A stretch of 16,705 nucleotides of DNA from NCBI GenBank assembly GCA_040752415.1, contig JBFMGU010000232.1:1-16705 (forward strand), given 5' to 3'. Origin of the DNA: Myxococcota bacterium. Its GTDB lineage: Bacteria; Myxococcota; JACRCW01. Of this stretch, positions 15,677-16,705 are shown in pieces (position 1 is the stretch's first letter; each line of letters starts with the position of its first letter). Both the position numbers and the translations under genes were made by a program. The notes beneath the pieces were generated by a model, which saw only the letters and a list, made by a program, of their open reading frames with translations, did no database searches and was not told where the DNA came from.

Positions 15677-16386
15677 GTGAGCACGCGCCGTGGCGGTGTT
15701 ATGTTCCTAACGATTGCAGTCCTTGCGTGCTCCCACCAGGGCGCAAGAGTTCCGCAGGAGGTCACGCCTCAGCCGGACGCTGCGCACTGCGCCGTGGAAA
15801 CGCGTCCGTTGTCGGTGCCACTGGTCCTGACGGGTGACGGGGAGGTGGCCCAGGTGCTGGAGGTCGACGGCTCGACGCGTGAGTTGCCCCTCCCGCCGGG
15901 TGAATGGATTCTCGCTTTCCTGCCGGAGCATCACCTGGTCTTCAGTGTCGGCAACACGGTACGGGCGCTGAACGCCTTCACTGGAGAGACGCTGCTTGAG
16001 ATCCCGTTGGAGGCGCGCCGGGTCCAAGGCCTTGCGGTTTGAGTCACGAACGCGCGCTGCTCTTCCTTGGTCCTCCCGGTGGCACCGGAACGTCGCGCTG
16101 GGTTCTCCTCGGGTTCAGAGACGACAACGTCATCCTGCTCGCCATGGCCGACATCGACGAGTTGCGGGACGTGGGCATGGGCTGGCAGGTGGATGAAGAT
16201 CTCGTGCTCGTGGCGGGGAACACGGTGGGGACCTGGGACATGGTCCTCGTTGATCCCACGTCGGGAGAGACATTCCGGTCCCCGGCGAATGAATGGCTTT
16301 TGTTAGGGTGTGGCTCCCATCCTGACGCCTCGCCCGACGAGAGCCCTCCAGTAGCGCGGTGCGGCTCCCTCGGGATGACGCTCTGA
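15677..16386 (+). pseudogene. Hypothetical lipoprotein split by a frameshift (15677-16042 and 16039-16386)
   Basis: SD GGGGAG before GTG 15677, lipobox MSTRRGGVMFLTIAVLA-C. Protein-like sequence continues in the -1 frame at GCG GTT TGA GT. Adding one T gives ..GLAVLSHERALLF.., a single ORF of 236 aa. Confidence 0.5.
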
Positions 16387-16705
16387 AGTCCCTGCCAATG
16401 AAATTGGCAGGCAGCAGGCAGGGCCAAGTCCTGCTCACCACTTGGCCGATGGACGCGTTTCGCAGGACTGCCAGTGAAGGGCCTTGTCCTCGTTCGTCCC
16501 TTTTGCCTGCGCGTCCCATTCACGGTTAGTCCTGCGACGCGACACCGCCGCCGAGAGGAGAGCAGGACTTGAGCATCTTTGGGTCCTTCGCCCATTCGTG
16601 ACGGTGACGACGTGGGCATGAGTGGTGAGCCGTGGCAGTATCCCCCGACCACATAGCCTGGCCATAGGCTGGCGGGAGGACGACGTGGACGCGGCGAAGC
16701 TTGTT

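Noticed and set aside
16387..16705. Minus-strand ORFs 16044-16652 and 16435-16665
   Set aside because: No codon bias, SD or motifs; treated as unassigned sequence at the window edge.

Overview
GC-rich bacterial chromosomal window, most likely Myxococcota (inferred from a MYXO-CTERM-like C-terminus, a DAG-rich linker and Cys-rich repeats). In order: a non-coding 137-bp-period diverged tandem repeat; a RoxA-like di-heme c-type cytochrome lipoprotein; an MBL-fold hydrolase; type 1 IPP isomerase (idi); a histidine kinase with no adjacent response regulator; a Ser-rich lipoprotein with two PA14 domains; a full-length TMEM260/DUF2723-like GT-C glycosyltransferase; a 301-bp long-inverted-repeat (MITE-like) element; a 1788-aa surface protein (somatomedin-B-like domain, 16 IPT/TIG repeats, Cys-rich stalk, MYXO-CTERM); a small membrane protein; and a probably frameshifted lipoprotein. 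The best candidate for a new system is the TMEM260-like enzyme encoded directly upstream of the IPT-repeat protein. Human TMEM260 is the O-mannosyltransferase dedicated to IPT domains, so this may be a bacterial enzyme-substrate pair for IPT-domain O-glycosylation. All family assignments come from motif recognition and memory; no searches were run.
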